IMG/VR virus record: IMGVR_UViG_3300042564_001445 | Origin: an uncultured virus (IMG/VR IMGVR_UViG_3300042564_001445) | Lineage: Duplodnaviria > Heunggongvirae > Uroviricota > Caudoviricetes | Length of the DNA: 64,000 nucleotides | Reading direction: 5' to 3' (one strand) | Shown: piece by piece, positions 49,522 through 58,520 of the stretch | How the letters are laid out: every line of letters begins with the position of its first letter | Numbering within the stretch: position 1 is the stretch's first letter | Made by a program: the position numbers and the translations under genes | Notes under the pieces: model-generated | Databases searched by the model: none | What the model saw: the letters and a program-made list of their open reading frames with translations, nothing else | Told to the model about the DNA's origin: nothing

Positions 49522-49553
49522 AAAAGTATCCTGCCATGCGGGGTACTTTTTTT
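49522..49553 (+). terminator. Intrinsic terminator
   Basis: AAAGTATCCTGC..GCGGGGTACTTT plus T-run. Confidence 0.75.
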
Positions 49554-49583
49554 GTATTCAAATAAAATATTTCTCATAAATGT

Positions 49584-49614
49584 TTTGCATTACGAATACT
49601 TTTGCTTAACTTTG
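49584..49614 (+). promoter_or_regulatory. Canonical Bacteroidota promoter TTTG-N19-TAACTTTG
   Basis: -33 at 49584-49587, -7 at 49607-49614. Confidence 0.8.
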
Positions 49615-49633
49615 TTTCAACAAACAATCAAAT

Positions 49634-49801
49634 ATGAGAAAAACACGCTACAACGACGTTATCTGCAAGGCAGAGGAACTCGTAAACAACCCATTAAACA
49701 GAACACGCTCCGGCAGATTACGTTCTAGAGTACAAAAGAAAGTAAATAGATTGGTGCTTAAGGTTACATATCTTACCCAATTTGAAGAAACAATTTTTTA
49801 A
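49634..49801 (+). CDS. Small basic protein (55 aa, not in ORF track)
   Basis: MRKTRYNDVICKAEELVNN..., first ATG after the promoter. Confidence 0.55.
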   Translation: MRKTRYNDVICKAEELVNNPLNRTRSGRLRSRVQKKVNRLVLKVTYLTQFEETIF

Positions 49802-49826
49802 CAATTTCAACCAAACAATTATTATT

Positions 49827-50528
49827 ATGGCAAGAGCTGACGCGTACAAAACAACAACAGAATCTCCAGTTAAAAAGTATTTATCTTGGAGTTCAAATGA
49901 CAAGTGTTTCACTTATTGGGACAAGGCTGCTGAGAAGAATCAAAAGCTTCCATTACCAATTAAGTTAGTACACTTAGACGATATGTCCTGCATCAAGGGC
50001 TGGCACGATTCTTCTTCTTCTGGGATCTATTCTAATGAGATCAAGAACTCAGGTGCTGAGCCTTTAGTAGTTAAGGCATTCAAGGGCGGTACAATCGCTG
50101 AGGGTCTTTACAAGGATATTAAGTTAAAGGTAAATGGCCTTGGCGGAGATTACCATGCAAGTTTATATTTCTACCTCAATGGAGAAGTTGTTAACCTTGC
50201 AATTAAAGGCGCCGCATTGATGGTTTGGAGTGACTTCGCTAAAGAAAACAGAAAGTCTTTCTTAGATAATTACATTGAGGTTACAGGAGCATTAGATGCT
50301 AAGAAAGGATCTGTAAAGTATTCAACTCCGGTGATGGCTGTTGGTGGAATCATTGACAAGTCTGTTAACGAGAATGCTGAGGACTCATACGATACATTGC
50401 AGAAATATTTTGCATCAAGAAAGGCTTCGGCTAATGTTGCTGTAGAAGAGTTAGTTGCAGAAGAGGTTCCTGCTCGCAAGTTCGAAGAGGCTCCGGTAGA
50501 AGATCCATCAGATTTACTTCCTTTCTAA
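49827..50528 (+). CDS. Putative single-stranded DNA-binding protein
   Basis: Beta-rich, acidic tail ending DLLPF; start MARAD at 49827. Confidence 0.65.
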   Translation: MARADAYKTTTESPVKKYLSWSSNDKCFTYWDKAAEKNQKLPLPIKLVHLDDMSCIKGWHDSSSSGIYSNEIKNSGAEPLVVKAFKGGTIAEGLYKDIKLKVNGLGGDYHASLYFYLNGEVVNLAIKGAALMVWSDFAKENRKSFLDNYIEVTGALDAKKGSVKYSTPVMAVGGIIDKSVNENAEDSYDTLQKYFASRKASANVAVEELVAEEVPARKFEEAPVEDPSDLLPF

Positions 50529-50529
50529 A

Positions 50530-51000
50530 ATGCAAGAGTTAGCTAAACTAGATATAAGTCCAATAGTAGCTTCTAACAAGGAGGCTATTATTGGCATGGC
50601 TGACAAGTACATTGAGAACTTTGCCTTTAATGGCGGCGATGCCGCTAAAGATTGGGCAGCCTGCGAGAAACTAATCTTATTGCTATCTGAATTGCAAAAG
50701 GGATTAAAACCATATGTATTAAGTGAGCTACATAATTGTGATAAAGAAGAAACTCATTCGCTAGGAGTTACCGTTAAGGCGGTTAACACACCTACTAAGT
50801 ATGACTTCTCTCAATCAGAATCGTGGGCCAAGCAGAAGGCTAAAGTAGATGCTGAGTCGGCGCAATTAAAATCTATCGAGGCATTTATTAAGTCTATCGA
50901 TAAGACGACGACAACGGTTGATACAGAGACAGGTGAGACGATAACGTTCTATCCGCCGGCAAAGTCATCAGGAGAAACCGTTAGATGCTCAATACTATAA
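50530..51000 (+). CDS. Hypothetical protein (Bacteroidota phage family)
   Basis: KYDFS...VD.ETGE.....PP.KSS motif. Confidence 0.7.
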   Translation: MQELAKLDISPIVASNKEAIIGMADKYIENFAFNGGDAAKDWAACEKLILLLSELQKGLKPYVLSELHNCDKEETHSLGVTVKAVNTPTKYDFSQSESWAKQKAKVDAESAQLKSIEAFIKSIDKTTTTVDTETGETITFYPPAKSSGETVRCSIL

Positions 51001-51301
51001 TGGCAACCGTCGTAGGCAAAAAGATAATACTGATAGCAGAAATTGTATGCGATCAATCTTATTACGAAGAAAACAAGGAACAGATATATAGTGTATACCG
51101 GGAGATAGCTCAACAAGAACTTAATCCTAGAATATATTTATCCTCTTCCGCAATTTTAGAAGAAGACACTACAATCAATATTTAAAATGGATATTCAACC
51201 AACATTCACACAAGTTTTTGAAAACATACATTACCAATTACAATTGGCTCATAATAAAAAAATAGAAGACGCTAAACGCAAATTCGCTAAAGAAAAAGAA
51301 G

Positions 51302-51532
51302 ATGGTAAACATTATAAAAGAAATTAGGACTGAACTGGGTATGACTCAGAAGCAGTTTTCAGAAGCAGCAGGATTCGCAACAATCCAACAAATCTCTGGG
51401 CTTGAAAACAATCAACGTAGCATTGGCTTTAACCTGCTAGGAAAGATCGTTAGAAACTTAGCGGCAAACGGATTAGATGCATCACTTGACATTTCCTTGA
51501 CGGTAAATGAAAAGAAAATTAGAATCTATTAA
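51302..51532 (+). CDS. XRE-family helix-turn-helix protein
   Basis: IKEIR.ELGMTQKQF....G.....ISGLENNQR. Confidence 0.85.
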   Translation: MVNIIKEIRTELGMTQKQFSEAAGFATIQQISGLENNQRSIGFNLLGKIVRNLAANGLDASLDISLTVNEKKIRIY

Positions 51533-51712
51533 TAATGCACCCAAATCCATACACTCCTCAGGAGAAAGCTGCGCTAATTGCAACATTTAGCCAAGATATA
51601 TTTATCGTGGATTATTTTCTAAACGAGATCTGCGACAAGTTCAGGTTTAAGAATTTTGACGATAAGGCATATTGGCTAGATGTTCGCGCAGAATGGAATA
51701 AAATAAAAACAT

Positions 51713-52102
51713 ATGGTAATTGATGAGATTGTATTTGAGTGGGAGGGTATAGATGTTAGTCTCAATAAGTTTTTTGCCGGCAAACATTGGACGATTAGAA
51801 ACAAAATTAAAGATCAATTTCATTTATTATTTGGCAGACTATTAACCAAGAAGTATAAGATGGTAGATAAGTACGAAGTTGTCCTAGAGTACAACTCTCG
51901 CCTAGATCCTACGAATACCATAATCTTAATCAAGATCGGAGAAGACTTTCTTCGTCATATCAATGTACTAACAGACGATACTAAAAAGTTCTGCAAGAAA
52001 GTAACCATTATTCCGGTAAGCACAATGGGTGCTAAACATTACAAAATGACATTTCAAATAATTTCATATGCTACAAAAGAAACTAAAGCTAACCGCTCCT
52101 AG
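51713..52102 (+). CDS. RusA-like Holliday junction resolvase
   Basis: SLNK.F.GKHW..R, D..N...K..ED.L....L.DD. Confidence 0.7.
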   Translation: MVIDEIVFEWEGIDVSLNKFFAGKHWTIRNKIKDQFHLLFGRLLTKKYKMVDKYEVVLEYNSRLDPTNTIILIKIGEDFLRHINVLTDDTKKFCKKVTIIPVSTMGAKHYKMTFQIISYATKETKANRS

Positions 52103-52598
52103 CACATATCAAGAAGCGCTCGCTAATTTATTTTCAAAGGAAGTGTTCTATAATAGTTCTTCTGGGAATCTGTACAAAACTCGCACACGGAATAACGTTA
52201 AAGAAGAGAATCTAATAAGCGATATCTACCTAGGAAAAATGGCAGAGTTTGCTGTATGGAATTTCCTCCATAAGCAAAAGAAAAATGCTACATTCCCTGA
52301 CATCAACGTATACGAATCCTACAGAAAGAATTACGATGCAGATATAATGATCGGCGAAACTAAAGTTCACGTCAAGTCTTGCTCCGAAAATAGTTATGGC
52401 AACAGCTGGGTATTCCGCCCTTCAGATCCAATAGTATCAAATCCAGATGAGAATGACTTTGTCGCATTAGTTGTATTGACAAAACAATCCACCTTTGATG
52501 CTTATTTTCTTTCGGCAATAGAATTACTTGGGATGTATAAACCCCCAAGGAATCCAGATTATCACATGATGGTTATTTACGAGGAAGATTTGAAGTAA
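52068..52598 (+). CDS. Putative PD-(D/E)XK-fold protein
   Basis: GKMAEFAV...PD......YDAD......HVKS. Confidence 0.5.
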   Translation: MLQKKLKLTAPSTYQEALANLFSKEVFYNSSSGNLYKTRTRNNVKEENLISDIYLGKMAEFAVWNFLHKQKKNATFPDINVYESYRKNYDADIMIGETKVHVKSCSENSYGNSWVFRPSDPIVSNPDENDFVALVVLTKQSTFDAYFLSAIELLGMYKPPRNPDYHMMVIYEEDLK

Positions 52599-52865
52599 TT
52601 ACTTACCTCCTCTAGCGCGCTTGTCGCCGGCAGAATCTGATTTAGAGCCTCTATTAGCGGAGGCTTTTTTCATTACAATACCTTTGCTAGTATGTGAGGC
52701 GTCCTTACCATCTCCGTTGCCGTAGGTTCCGCGCTCGCGGTTAACCTTAACAAGTTCAGCTCTTTTAGCACGTTGCTCAGGCTTGCGATTAAACTCCTTA
52801 TTGTATGCGTCCTTCTTTGCTTTGGCTTCAGGATTAGCTTTATAGTATGCGGTGCTCTTTTTCAT
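52599..52865 (-). CDS. Small basic protein, degenerate HNH-like
   Basis: G.GDGKD.SH...G......S.NR motif. Confidence 0.55.
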   Translation of the reverse strand: MKKSTAYYKANPEAKAKKDAYNKEFNRKPEQRAKRAELVKVNRERGTYGNGDGKDASHTSKGIVMKKASANRGSKSDSAGDKRARGGK

Positions 52866-52871
52866 CCACTA

Positions 52872-53342
52872 TCAACATTTATGTTTTGAAGATACTAAGT
52901 TACAAATTTCTATGAACTCTTTTTGCGTATAGACGTACTTCATAAAGTTCACCTTCTTATGAAGTAGCTGTACGTTGCGTTTAACATATCCTTTATCGTT
53001 GTTGATGCGATCAATTGATACCATCCCTTGATCAGAATCCTTATCGAAGTCTAATGGTAAGCCAGATAATGCGCACACCTTACCTTGCTTAAGATATATT
53101 TTCCAAATGTATTCAATTGTAATATCCCACTCCTTTTCACGTTGTATTGAACGCCTTTTCTTCTCTTCAAACCAGCTGATTGGTATCTCCCTGTATTTAC
53201 CTTTGTTTCCCTTACCTAACTTATTATGACAAGAGCGACAAAGAGTATTGCTCCTTGCCGCCCTGTTGCGTTCACTTTTTGTTGTGTAAGACTGGATGCC
53301 TCCACACGATTGGCAATATTTAGTGAAAGACTTTACTTGCAT
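52872..53342 (-). CDS. HNH-like endonuclease with N-terminal zinc finger
   Basis: CQSC/CRSC; CALSG...SIDRI...GY...NVQ......N.MK. Confidence 0.75.
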   Translation of the reverse strand: MQVKSFTKYCQSCGGIQSYTTKSERNRAARSNTLCRSCHNKLGKGNKGKYREIPISWFEEKKRRSIQREKEWDITIEYIWKIYLKQGKVCALSGLPLDFDKDSDQGMVSIDRINNDKGYVKRNVQLLHKKVNFMKYVYTQKEFIEICNLVSSKHKC

Positions 53343-55042
53343 TACGCAGACGCTACATCCATTAAACTTTTGCCTTTATTTTTAGAATTGTTTTTGGCAA
53401 TAGTGTTGTTTAATTTAATAATATTATCTTTTCCATACCTAAAATAGAATCTTCTAAAAGCAGGATCATCTGTAATATTTTTATTAAGTATAGCCTTATT
53501 CATCTTATCTTCATCTAATTCTTCTCCAAACGAATTTGTTACACCTTCCCTTAATAATAATTGGCGAACTCCATTTAAGTCTCCATATTGCTCCTCAACA
53601 AACTGTGCTTTATTTTTAAAATCTTTATTGAAATGAAGAAAGCTAGAGAAAGCATCTCTAACTCTTTTGGAGTATTCATCTAATTCTTTATTGTATTTTA
53701 TTTTTGCCCGATCGCTAGGTGTCAATTCTCTATCTGTCTTAAATGTATCAACATATTCATGTTTCAGATTATCGGTAGTCAATTTTAATGGTTTAGCTAA
53801 ATTATAAAACATCTCAATCTCCCCCTTATTTAATGCTGGGTCAGTTCTATCTTTTAGAGAATCTAGAGTAGCTTCATTTTTTCTTTTAAAATTTATAGCA
53901 TTATATATATCTGATGAGTGCCCTGGGTATCCTAATTGATCATCCTCGCTTAACACTCCTCCACTCTCTTTCATTTTGGCTTTTTGCTCATCATTAAGGA
54001 GGGCTTTATATTCAAGTAAACTATGCCCCATTTCATGGGCAATTGCAGTGTCTGCCCAATATGGACTAAGGTGAATTGCGCTAGGGCCGACTTGATTATC
54101 GTTAAAATGTGCAACGTCTTTTCCTGAATTATCTAGATTAAATTTCAATTCATTTAACAAGTTTGCCCTTTTCTCTTTTTTCCATTCGGGAACTTTTTTG
54201 CCAAATTCATTAAAATAATCTTCAAACTTAGGATCGGGATTCTTATTTGGATATTCTTCTTGAAAATTAGCTTGTCTTTCTGAATATAAAGGAGAACCGA
54301 TATAATTGTTCATTTGTTGTTTAATAACCTCAAAGTTTTTATCAGTAATTTTCTCTCCCTTCTGTTTTCTTTTATCGTAAAAAATGTCATAATATGTATG
54401 CATCTGATCATCCCCTGCTTTGCTCATCCATTTTTCAAAGGCTTTCCCTGTCAATCCTGTTGGGATAGTGTCATCTTCCATTTTTGCAATCGATGCAGCA
54501 GAAGTCAGCTGCTTATTAACTTCTTGCTTTGCTGACATAGGAGTTTCATTTTCATTCAAGTCAGCGTCTGCCAAATTCTCATTCGCCAAAGGAGATAAAT
54601 TCATCAGATAGTTTTCGTCAGCATTCATCTTTTCAATCTCACTCTTATACTTGCCGTATAGACTATTATTCTTTATATTACCATCCTCGTCATATATTAA
54701 ATCAATCAACTTTGCACGAGTAGATTTTTGTCCTTCAGCATTGCTCATTTGGCGTCCATAATCTGGGCGTCTTTGCTCTCGAGGTTTACTCATCTGAGGG
54801 ATAAAGAATGGATTAGATGGCGCATTTATCATAGCCTCCTGCTGATTAATGTAATTAATATCAGGTAAGTCTAATACATTGCTATCGGAATTAATTGGAC
54901 GTTCTTGAATCTTCTTGGCGGCAATCGTAAAAGGATCAACGTATGTAGGATTCCCTTGGAATGCAGGCTCCTGTGTTGGATCTTTATACAAAGGCGTTTC
55001 GTCAACTATATTGTCTCCTGAAAAATCTAGTATACTAGCCAT
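53342..55042 (-). CDS. Zincin (HEMGH) protein with conserved terminal tags; paralog of 55091-57550
   Basis: MASILDFS start, shared ~140-aa block, HEMGH, KGKSLMDVASA end. Confidence 0.75.
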   Translation of the reverse strand: MASILDFSGDNIVDETPLYKDPTQEPAFQGNPTYVDPFTIAAKKIQERPINSDSNVLDLPDINYINQQEAMINAPSNPFFIPQMSKPREQRRPDYGRQMSNAEGQKSTRAKLIDLIYDEDGNIKNNSLYGKYKSEIEKMNADENYLMNLSPLANENLADADLNENETPMSAKQEVNKQLTSAASIAKMEDDTIPTGLTGKAFEKWMSKAGDDQMHTYYDIFYDKRKQKGEKITDKNFEVIKQQMNNYIGSPLYSERQANFQEEYPNKNPDPKFEDYFNEFGKKVPEWKKEKRANLLNELKFNLDNSGKDVAHFNDNQVGPSAIHLSPYWADTAIAHEMGHSLLEYKALLNDEQKAKMKESGGVLSEDDQLGYPGHSSDIYNAINFKRKNEATLDSLKDRTDPALNKGEIEMFYNLAKPLKLTTDNLKHEYVDTFKTDRELTPSDRAKIKYNKELDEYSKRVRDAFSSFLHFNKDFKNKAQFVEEQYGDLNGVRQLLLREGVTNSFGEELDEDKMNKAILNKNITDDPAFRRFYFRYGKDNIIKLNNTIAKNNSKNKGKSLMDVASA

Positions 55043-55090
55043 ATTATTTTTTAATAAAAATCAACTTCAACTCATTATTATCTGCTTGCA

Positions 55091-57550
55091 TTACGCAGAC
55101 GCTGCATCCATTAAACTTTTGCCGCCTTTAGGTTTAACAGCCGAAACCTTATTCATTATTTTCAATATTTGCTCATCTTTCAATCCCATAGCTTTCAATT
55201 CAAAATATGCTGCGCCCGGCACATTAGGGCTGGCGGTTTCGAAATCTGTTTTATCATTAGTCTCTTCTTTCTTTTTTGCGAAGAGCTTTCTAATCTGATC
55301 AATTCTTGCCATTACTTCAAGTGGATCACTAAGGTAACTAACTTCATCTGGATCGAACTTGACATCTTTTGGATCTATTTCGCTGAGTATTTTCTGTATA
55401 AATTGTCTATCAGATTTTGGCATAAAAGCATCTGCTAAATGACGAACTTCGTGTCTAATAACTTGCGGCTGAGATGCACCTGCAATATATAATTCTTTAG
55501 TTTTTCGAGCCATATCCGCATCACTTATTTTGCCAGCATAAAAATCATTTGCCATTTTTCCGTAAGATGGATCCTCTAACCATTTAGATTTCAAAACAGA
55601 CTCAGGAATATTTAAAATAGGAGTTTTTAATTTATTAGAAGTTGGGCTAGGGGCATCTTCGTATTCAATAGGTTTGTGATAATACGGAGATAGTATTTGT
55701 TTTCTTTTATCTAACGGTAGAGATTTAGCCGATTCCCCTAATCTATCTAATTCATTTCCTTTAAAATAGTTTTGTACAAAAGCCAATGGCGTATCGCCTT
55801 TTACTGATTCGGTTTCATTAAACTCAAGTTTTGCATTTTGAAATCTAGATGTCCTATTTGCAATATTTTGCATTGTTGCGTCATATATTTCTTTTTCAGG
55901 AACATCTTTGACATCAATACCTTTTTCCCAAGCTAAATCCTCGGCAACAGATTTTTTAAGCATATCAAATCCTTTTCCTCGGCTAAACCAATCTCTTAGT
56001 TCGTCCGCAGATACATCTGCTGTATTTAGTACTCTTTTAGCTGCTATTCTTAATTTCTCTGCTTCTGGAGTAGATGGTGCTCCATATCTAGAAGTTACTT
56101 CATTTTTAGAAAACCAAGTAGGCTTATATTTATCTAAATTTTCTGATAATTTTATATCTCCCCATTCGGCATTTTCCTCATCTGTTAACTTTTGAAACTT
56201 ATCTTTTTTTGCTTTTTCCTCCGCTTCTCTTTTCTTTTTAAGTTGAATCCAATATGGTTTTTTAGCTTCTGCGTTGTCATTTAATTTTTTAATTGTATTT
56301 AATGCTTCAGAGACTTTTTCAATTGTAGTAATATCATTTCTACTTTTTGCCTCCGCTAAAACTTTTTTAAGGGAAATTACTCTTTTATTTTCCTCATCCT
56401 TATACTTCTTTGCTCTTTTTATATACTGGCTTCTTTCGCTATCATCTGCAAATGCTCCATCTGCATCCATTTCTTCTACTAGAGGCTCTGGCTTTGATAT
56501 CTCTAGAAGAAGATCCAGCTCGGTAATTGGTTCTAGATCCTTAAACTTGGAACCAATAGAAGTTTTCGGCGCAATATCTTGTTTTTTCTCAATGACTTCA
56601 GGAGCAGATTTTGTAGGAACAATTTGCTCAGGTTGTTTTTCGACGGCAACTTCTTGCTTTGCTGGCATAGGAGCTTCATTTTTATTCCAATCAGCATCTG
56701 TCAAGTTACCATCCGGCAAAGGAGCCAAGTTCATCAAGTAATTCTCGTCCGCATTCATCTTGGCAATCTCATTCTTGTACTTGCCATACATCTTCTTGTC
56801 TCTTACATTTCCTTGCTCATCGTATACCAAGTCAATCAACTTTGCACGAGTAGATTTCTCCCCCGCGGCATTGCGTATTTGACGTCCGTAATCGGGGCGT
56901 CTTTGCCCTTGAATAGCAGCACCCGAAGGTTTACTCATCTGAGGAATAGAAACAGGTTTAGGAGGCTGATTCATTGCAATCTCCTGCTGATTAATATAAT
57001 TAATATCCGGCAAGTCTAATACCCTGCTTTTTGCATCAATAGGAATCTCTTGAATCTTTTTGGCAGCAATCGTAAAAGGATCAACGTATTCGGGCTTCTC
57101 TTGAAATACAGGCACCTGTGTTGGATCTTTGTACCAAGGTGGCTCTGCCGTACGGCCTTCATTAGAATAAAATGATGTATTTAAGTTTTTACGCCAGTTT
57201 CTTTTATCTGCTTGTGAATCATACAGCATTACCTCAACAGGAGCAATACCCTTATATCCAGCACCGTATTTTAATAATTCATCTTTATCTGAGTCTGTTA
57301 ATTTTTTAGGTTTTTTGTAGGGAACTTCAGCTCCATATACTTGAGCGTTCTTTATATTTTTGTAAGTTTCATCTGGAGACAAATCTGTAGAAAAGTTATT
57401 GAATGCATAGCTGCTATCAGCGTATGCTTGATTTCTTAGCTTAAACTCCTTAGGGTCAGCTATAAATATAGTATCCTTTTTGGCAACAGCTCCGTACCTC
57501 TGAGCAAGTTTTTTCTTAGGATCTTCTGAAAAATCTAGTATACTAGCCAT
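55091..57550 (-). CDS. Zincin (HEVRH) protein with conserved terminal tags; paralog of 53342-55042
   Basis: MASILDFS start, shared block, HEVRH...YL.DP.E.MAR..Q.R, KGGKSLMDAASA end. Confidence 0.75.
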   Translation of the reverse strand: MASILDFSEDPKKKLAQRYGAVAKKDTIFIADPKEFKLRNQAYADSSYAFNNFSTDLSPDETYKNIKNAQVYGAEVPYKKPKKLTDSDKDELLKYGAGYKGIAPVEVMLYDSQADKRNWRKNLNTSFYSNEGRTAEPPWYKDPTQVPVFQEKPEYVDPFTIAAKKIQEIPIDAKSRVLDLPDINYINQQEIAMNQPPKPVSIPQMSKPSGAAIQGQRRPDYGRQIRNAAGEKSTRAKLIDLVYDEQGNVRDKKMYGKYKNEIAKMNADENYLMNLAPLPDGNLTDADWNKNEAPMPAKQEVAVEKQPEQIVPTKSAPEVIEKKQDIAPKTSIGSKFKDLEPITELDLLLEISKPEPLVEEMDADGAFADDSERSQYIKRAKKYKDEENKRVISLKKVLAEAKSRNDITTIEKVSEALNTIKKLNDNAEAKKPYWIQLKKKREAEEKAKKDKFQKLTDEENAEWGDIKLSENLDKYKPTWFSKNEVTSRYGAPSTPEAEKLRIAAKRVLNTADVSADELRDWFSRGKGFDMLKKSVAEDLAWEKGIDVKDVPEKEIYDATMQNIANRTSRFQNAKLEFNETESVKGDTPLAFVQNYFKGNELDRLGESAKSLPLDKRKQILSPYYHKPIEYEDAPSPTSNKLKTPILNIPESVLKSKWLEDPSYGKMANDFYAGKISDADMARKTKELYIAGASQPQVIRHEVRHLADAFMPKSDRQFIQKILSEIDPKDVKFDPDEVSYLSDPLEVMARIDQIRKLFAKKKEETNDKTDFETASPNVPGAAYFELKAMGLKDEQILKIMNKVSAVKPKGGKSLMDAASA

Positions 57551-57552
57551 AT

Positions 57553-57867
57553 TTAACTTCCTTTAACCCACTTTTTAGATGATGATGCTGTTTTAGATGG
57601 AGCCCACTTAACTTTATTGGCCCAATATGCCGCCGACATTTTTCCTTTGGAAATGTTTTTTGCGTGGCGAGACTTAAATGCCTCACGCTGCCCAACGGTT
57701 TGATTCGTCTTAACGCCTGCTTGCCCAAAGCGAATAAGTTTTACCTTATCCCCCTCTTTAGCTAACACGACGTGAGACTTCCCGTTATGGGTGTCTCTCT
57801 TAGGTTTGTTTACGCCTTGCAAGTTATACTTGTCAAGTTTTGCTGCGATAGAATCTCTAATTGACAT
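57553..57867 (-). CDS. Basic conserved phage protein (DUF6321-like)
   Basis: KSHVVLAKEGDKVKLIRFGQ...FKSRH...SAAYWA.K..W. Confidence 0.75.
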   Translation of the reverse strand: MSIRDSIAAKLDKYNLQGVNKPKRDTHNGKSHVVLAKEGDKVKLIRFGQAGVKTNQTVGQREAFKSRHAKNISKGKMSAAYWANKVKWAPSKTASSSKKWVKGS

Positions 57868-58013
57868 TACTTTTTCTTGGCAGTTTTAGCCGCTTGCTTA
57901 AATTGTTTCGCAGTAGGAGCTCCCTTGCTACCTACCTTTCTCATTGTTTCACCAGAACCAGCTTTAATTCGTTCGCGCTTAGCGTGAATATTAGCGTATA
58001 AGCCATTTTTCAT
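57867..58013 (-). CDS. Small basic protein (48 aa, not in ORF track)
   Basis: MKNGLYANIHAKRERIKAGSGETMRKVGSKGAPTAKQFKQAAKTAKKK, a widespread phage peptide. Confidence 0.75.
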   Translation of the reverse strand: MKNGLYANIHAKRERIKAGSGETMRKVGSKGAPTAKQFKQAAKTAKKK

Positions 58014-58014
58014 A

Positions 58015-58485
58015 TTACTTAAAAGTTAATCTGTATAATGTTTGTCCTACTAATCCATTAATCTCGTCCAATATATTTGACAAAGCAGAGTTGCCTAAAA
58101 CTAACATTCTAGCGTCGCCTGAGATATAATCTTTGAGCTCAGTTAAGAACGCTACAGGAGCTTCCATAGTATATGGCTTAACCTCCATTTCGCATCCTAC
58201 CATAATACGTCCATAGCAACCTTGGTATGCTTCGATAAACTTATCCATCAAACCATTGAAGTCATTATAGAATTCCCCCATTGCCTCGTGCTCTGCGAAA
58301 GAGCTTGTCTGCCAATGAAATACTTTAGCTTGTGCTGATGCCTCAAGCATCTCGCATAATAACTCTTCTTGAGGAGATTCTTCTGACTCATCTTCGCCAG
58401 CAGGCTGAGAATAGTCGCTTGACATTAAAGTTCCGAAAGCCTGAGAAACTCTCTTCATCTTTTGCATTTCAATTAAATTTGCCAT
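58015..58485 (-). CDS. Ferritin/Dps-like protein (DUF5856-like)
   Basis: HWQT.SFAEH.A...FY......D..IE.YQG.YGR; N..DEI.....T.YRL. Confidence 0.8.
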   Translation of the reverse strand: MANLIEMQKMKRVSQAFGTLMSSDYSQPAGEDESEESPQEELLCEMLEASAQAKVFHWQTSSFAEHEAMGEFYNDFNGLMDKFIEAYQGCYGRIMVGCEMEVKPYTMEAPVAFLTELKDYISGDARMLVLGNSALSNILDEINGLVGQTLYRLTFK

Positions 58486-58501
58486 AATAATATTATTTTC
58501 T

Positions 58502-58509
58502 CAAAGTTA
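58502..58509 (-). promoter_or_regulatory. Bacteroidota-type -7 box (TAACTTTG)
   Basis: TAnnTTTG upstream of the Dps-like gene. Confidence 0.65.
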
Positions 58510-58520
58510 CAATTTATTTC

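Noticed and set aside
51302..51532. Lysogeny repressor/prophage
   Set aside because: HTH only, in mid-operon; no integrase, partition genes or host flanks visible
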